Assembly: GCA_019636195.1 (NCBI GenBank)
Contig: JAHBYA010000001.1
Span: 98,642-162,641 of the forward strand
Direction of reading: 5' to 3'
Origin: Planctomycetota bacterium
GTDB taxonomy: Bacteria > Planctomycetota > UBA8742 > UBA2392
DNA length: 64,000 nt
Numbering within the stretch: the first letter of the stretch is position 1; every line of letters starts with the position of its first letter. Below the pieces are notes generated by a model. The model did no database searches, had not been told where the DNA came from, and worked only from the letters and a program-made list of their open reading frames with translations. A program made the position numbers and the translations under genes. Shown in pieces: positions 62,192-64,000 of the stretch.

Positions 62192-63886
62192 TCAGTCGCG
62201 CTTTTCGGGCGCTTTGAAATCGGGGTTGGCCTTGAGCGTCAAATCAACCTTGTGCGCCTTTTCACCCTCGATCTTGAACTCGACCTCATCAGTCACGAGC
62301 GGGAAATCGGTGATTCGTACCCAGTCTTTCTCGGTATAGGCCTTGCCGCCGTCCATGGCTGCAAAGCGCAGCTTGAACGTGAACCCGTGCTGCAGCAGGG
62401 GCACAAAGATCATGCCCTTCTCGCGCAGCACCGCATTTTCCTTGAACGCGTCCACCGGGTACGGGCCGAACTGGCGGCCCTGCGGGTTGACCATCCAGAT
62501 AAACACGTGCAGGTTCTTGCACACCGAACCGTCTGCCAGCTTGACCGTACCGTAAGCAAAAGGGATCGGCCACTTCAGGGACACTTCTTGCGCGGCCTCG
62601 GCCTTGACAGTGACCTCACCCAGGTGAGTCGATCCGCTTGCGCCGTAAACGTCATATGTGCCAGCCGCAAGGCCCAGAAAGTGCACGAAGCCGTTCTCGT
62701 CCACCATGCCGCCGGCAGTGTAGGACTGCTGCAGATGCTCCGGCACGTCGATCCTTTTCGGCATCAGCCGCACGTCCAGGCCCATGACCGGGATGTCCTG
62801 CTCGTGCGTGGTCACGCGCAGGTTTACCTTGCGCATGTCGTCGGTGTACAACTCCCAGATCACTTCTTTGCCGTCCAGGTCAGCGGCCTTGAGGTTGGGA
62901 ATGACCTTCAGAACCGCTTCGCTGCCCATGGGCTTGATGACGGCGGTGAAGCCGCTGGGATCAATGGCCCACGCCTGGAACTTGAAAGTACCCGCGGGCC
63001 AGACAACCGGTTCATCGTTCTCGTCGTACTCATCAGCGAGAACGCCGTCACTGGCGTTGTTGCGCAGTTGGCGTAGGTAAACGTTGCTGTACAGGTCGAT
63101 CTGCGCGCCGATGCCCTTGCCGGTGCGGGCGTCAACGACCTTGCCGCTGAACTGCGGGGCCTTGACCAGTGCAAGGTCGAGCTTCACGTCCTCGAACGCC
63201 GCGACACGGGCTACCACTTTGTGGTAGTACACCCAGTCGTTGCCGCTGCGGTCGGCCCAGTTGCACCAGACCATGTAGTAACCCGATGGCAGTTCAAACT
63301 CGTAGCTGCCGTCTTCACGCGAGTGAATCGTATAGGGCGCGTCAAACATTCGCGCACTGCCGTCCTGCCCCACGTCCAGCGGCGCAAAACTCACCGAAGC
63401 CCGCACCGGCGGCGACTCGCGGCCGGTGACGCTGACTTTGCCGGTTGCCCGAACGTTCTTGAGTGGCCGAACAAACAGTGTCCACGCGATCTCGGCCTTG
63501 CTGAGCTCCGCCGGAGGCACGTTGGACCAACCGTCCGGCACGACAAAGTCACCGTAAGCAAAAAAGCGCAGCTCTTTGGCTTCGCGGTTGAGCGTGACTG
63601 CGGCTGTGCCCTTTTCGTCCGTAAAAAAGGTAGCGTTATCGTGAGGTTTGCCCTCAAACTTTGCAAACGCCAGAAGCTTGAAATTCCCAGCCGGCTTGTC
63701 GCTGCCGAGCATCTTGACGGTAAGGCTGACTGTGCGGGCCCTGGCGCCGTCTTCAAGCTTGCCGCCAAGGGTTGCTGTGGCCTGGGCAAACGCGGGCGAC
63801 GGGGCCAGCAGCAACAGTGCCGCAGCCGCCGATGCAAGCAGGCCGCAGATCAGGCAAAGGCGAACGCTCATGTTTTTCCTCAGCAC
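62192..63886 (-). CDS. Secreted protein with carboxypeptidase-regulatory-like (CarboxypepD_reg / transthyretin-like) beta-sandwich repeats
   Basis: Signal peptide. Repeated DGSYEFELPSGYYMV and AGTYDVYGASG-type beta-sandwich signatures. 564 aa. Confidence 0.5.
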   Translation of the reverse strand: MLRKNMSVRLCLICGLLASAAAALLLLAPSPAFAQATATLGGKLEDGARARTVSLTVKMLGSDKPAGNFKLLAFAKFEGKPHDNATFFTDEKGTAAVTLNREAKELRFFAYGDFVVPDGWSNVPPAELSKAEIAWTLFVRPLKNVRATGKVSVTGRESPPVRASVSFAPLDVGQDGSARMFDAPYTIHSREDGSYEFELPSGYYMVWCNWADRSGNDWVYYHKVVARVAAFEDVKLDLALVKAPQFSGKVVDARTGKGIGAQIDLYSNVYLRQLRNNASDGVLADEYDENDEPVVWPAGTFKFQAWAIDPSGFTAVIKPMGSEAVLKVIPNLKAADLDGKEVIWELYTDDMRKVNLRVTTHEQDIPVMGLDVRLMPKRIDVPEHLQQSYTAGGMVDENGFVHFLGLAAGTYDVYGASGSTHLGEVTVKAEAAQEVSLKWPIPFAYGTVKLADGSVCKNLHVFIWMVNPQGRQFGPYPVDAFKENAVLREKGMIFVPLLQHGFTFKLRFAAMDGGKAYTEKDWVRITDFPLVTDEVEFKIEGEKAHKVDLTLKANPDFKAPEKRD

Positions 63887-64000
63887 TTGCGGCCGGCTTC
63901 CATGGCTGTCTTGTCAAACGCCGCGTCAAAGGCCACCGGGTACTCGCCCGTGAAGCAGGCGGCGCAGTAATTGCCGCCATCGCCCACAGCATTGCGCAGC
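63887..64000 (-). CDS. purF: Amidophosphoribosyltransferase, C-terminal fragment (the gene continues beyond the window end)
   Basis: Reverse-strand translation …LRNAVGDGGNYCAACFTGEYPVAFDAAFDKTAMEAGRKC* resembles the PurF C-terminus (B. subtilis CSACFTGKYPTEI). Confidence 0.45.

Overview
This is a high-GC (about 65-70%) bacterial chromosomal segment, gene-dense on both strands, from a diderm organism: it carries Mla lipid-transport genes, an LptE-like lipoprotein, an RND efflux pump and many lipoproteins. Most of the window is core housekeeping. In order it holds: mlaD (partial), mlaF and mlaE; pgpA; a three-gene partner-switching module (HAMP-PP2C phosphatase, RsbW-like kinase, RsbV-like STAS antagonist) with no adjacent sigma factor; hisS with a roughly 100-aa C-terminal extension; rimO; the bacillithiol glycosyltransferase bshA behind an unusually long 546-bp leader; S9 and M16 peptidases; an OmpA-like lipoprotein; a conserved ftsH - DUF1801 - folP - cdaA - cdaR(YbbR) - giant 1029-aa secreted protein - cmk operon on the minus strand; an LptE-like protein; recO; a CNNM/CorC transporter; glmS; hbd; a Pro-rich/coiled-coil membrane protein beside an orphan ABC ATPase; gyrB with an upstream DUF721 (DciA-like) gene; tRNA-Ser(GGA); an ABC-transporter pair; rpsU; a TetR-MFP-RND efflux operon; tauE; uvrC; a CPBP protease; a TPR/HExxH protein; a V-type H+-pyrophosphatase carrying an unusual roughly 135-aa low-complexity insertion; tRNA-Ala(CGC); MarR and DUF218 genes; a CarboxypepD_reg-like secreted protein; and the purF 3' end. 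No integrase, transposase, CRISPR array, restriction-modification or toxin-antitoxin genes were recognised. The most unusual non-coding features are (a) a structured roughly 140-nt element found immediately 3' of both tRNA genes, each copy ending in a mimic of a tRNA 3' end, and (b) the 546-bp intergenic region upstream of bshA, which has a sigma70-like promoter and stable hairpins. Coordinates follow the supplied ORF track. When I hand-translated the mlaE/mlaF junction I got a 1-nt offset relative to the track between about 1740 and 1860 that I could not resolve, so start codons there are +/- a few nt.
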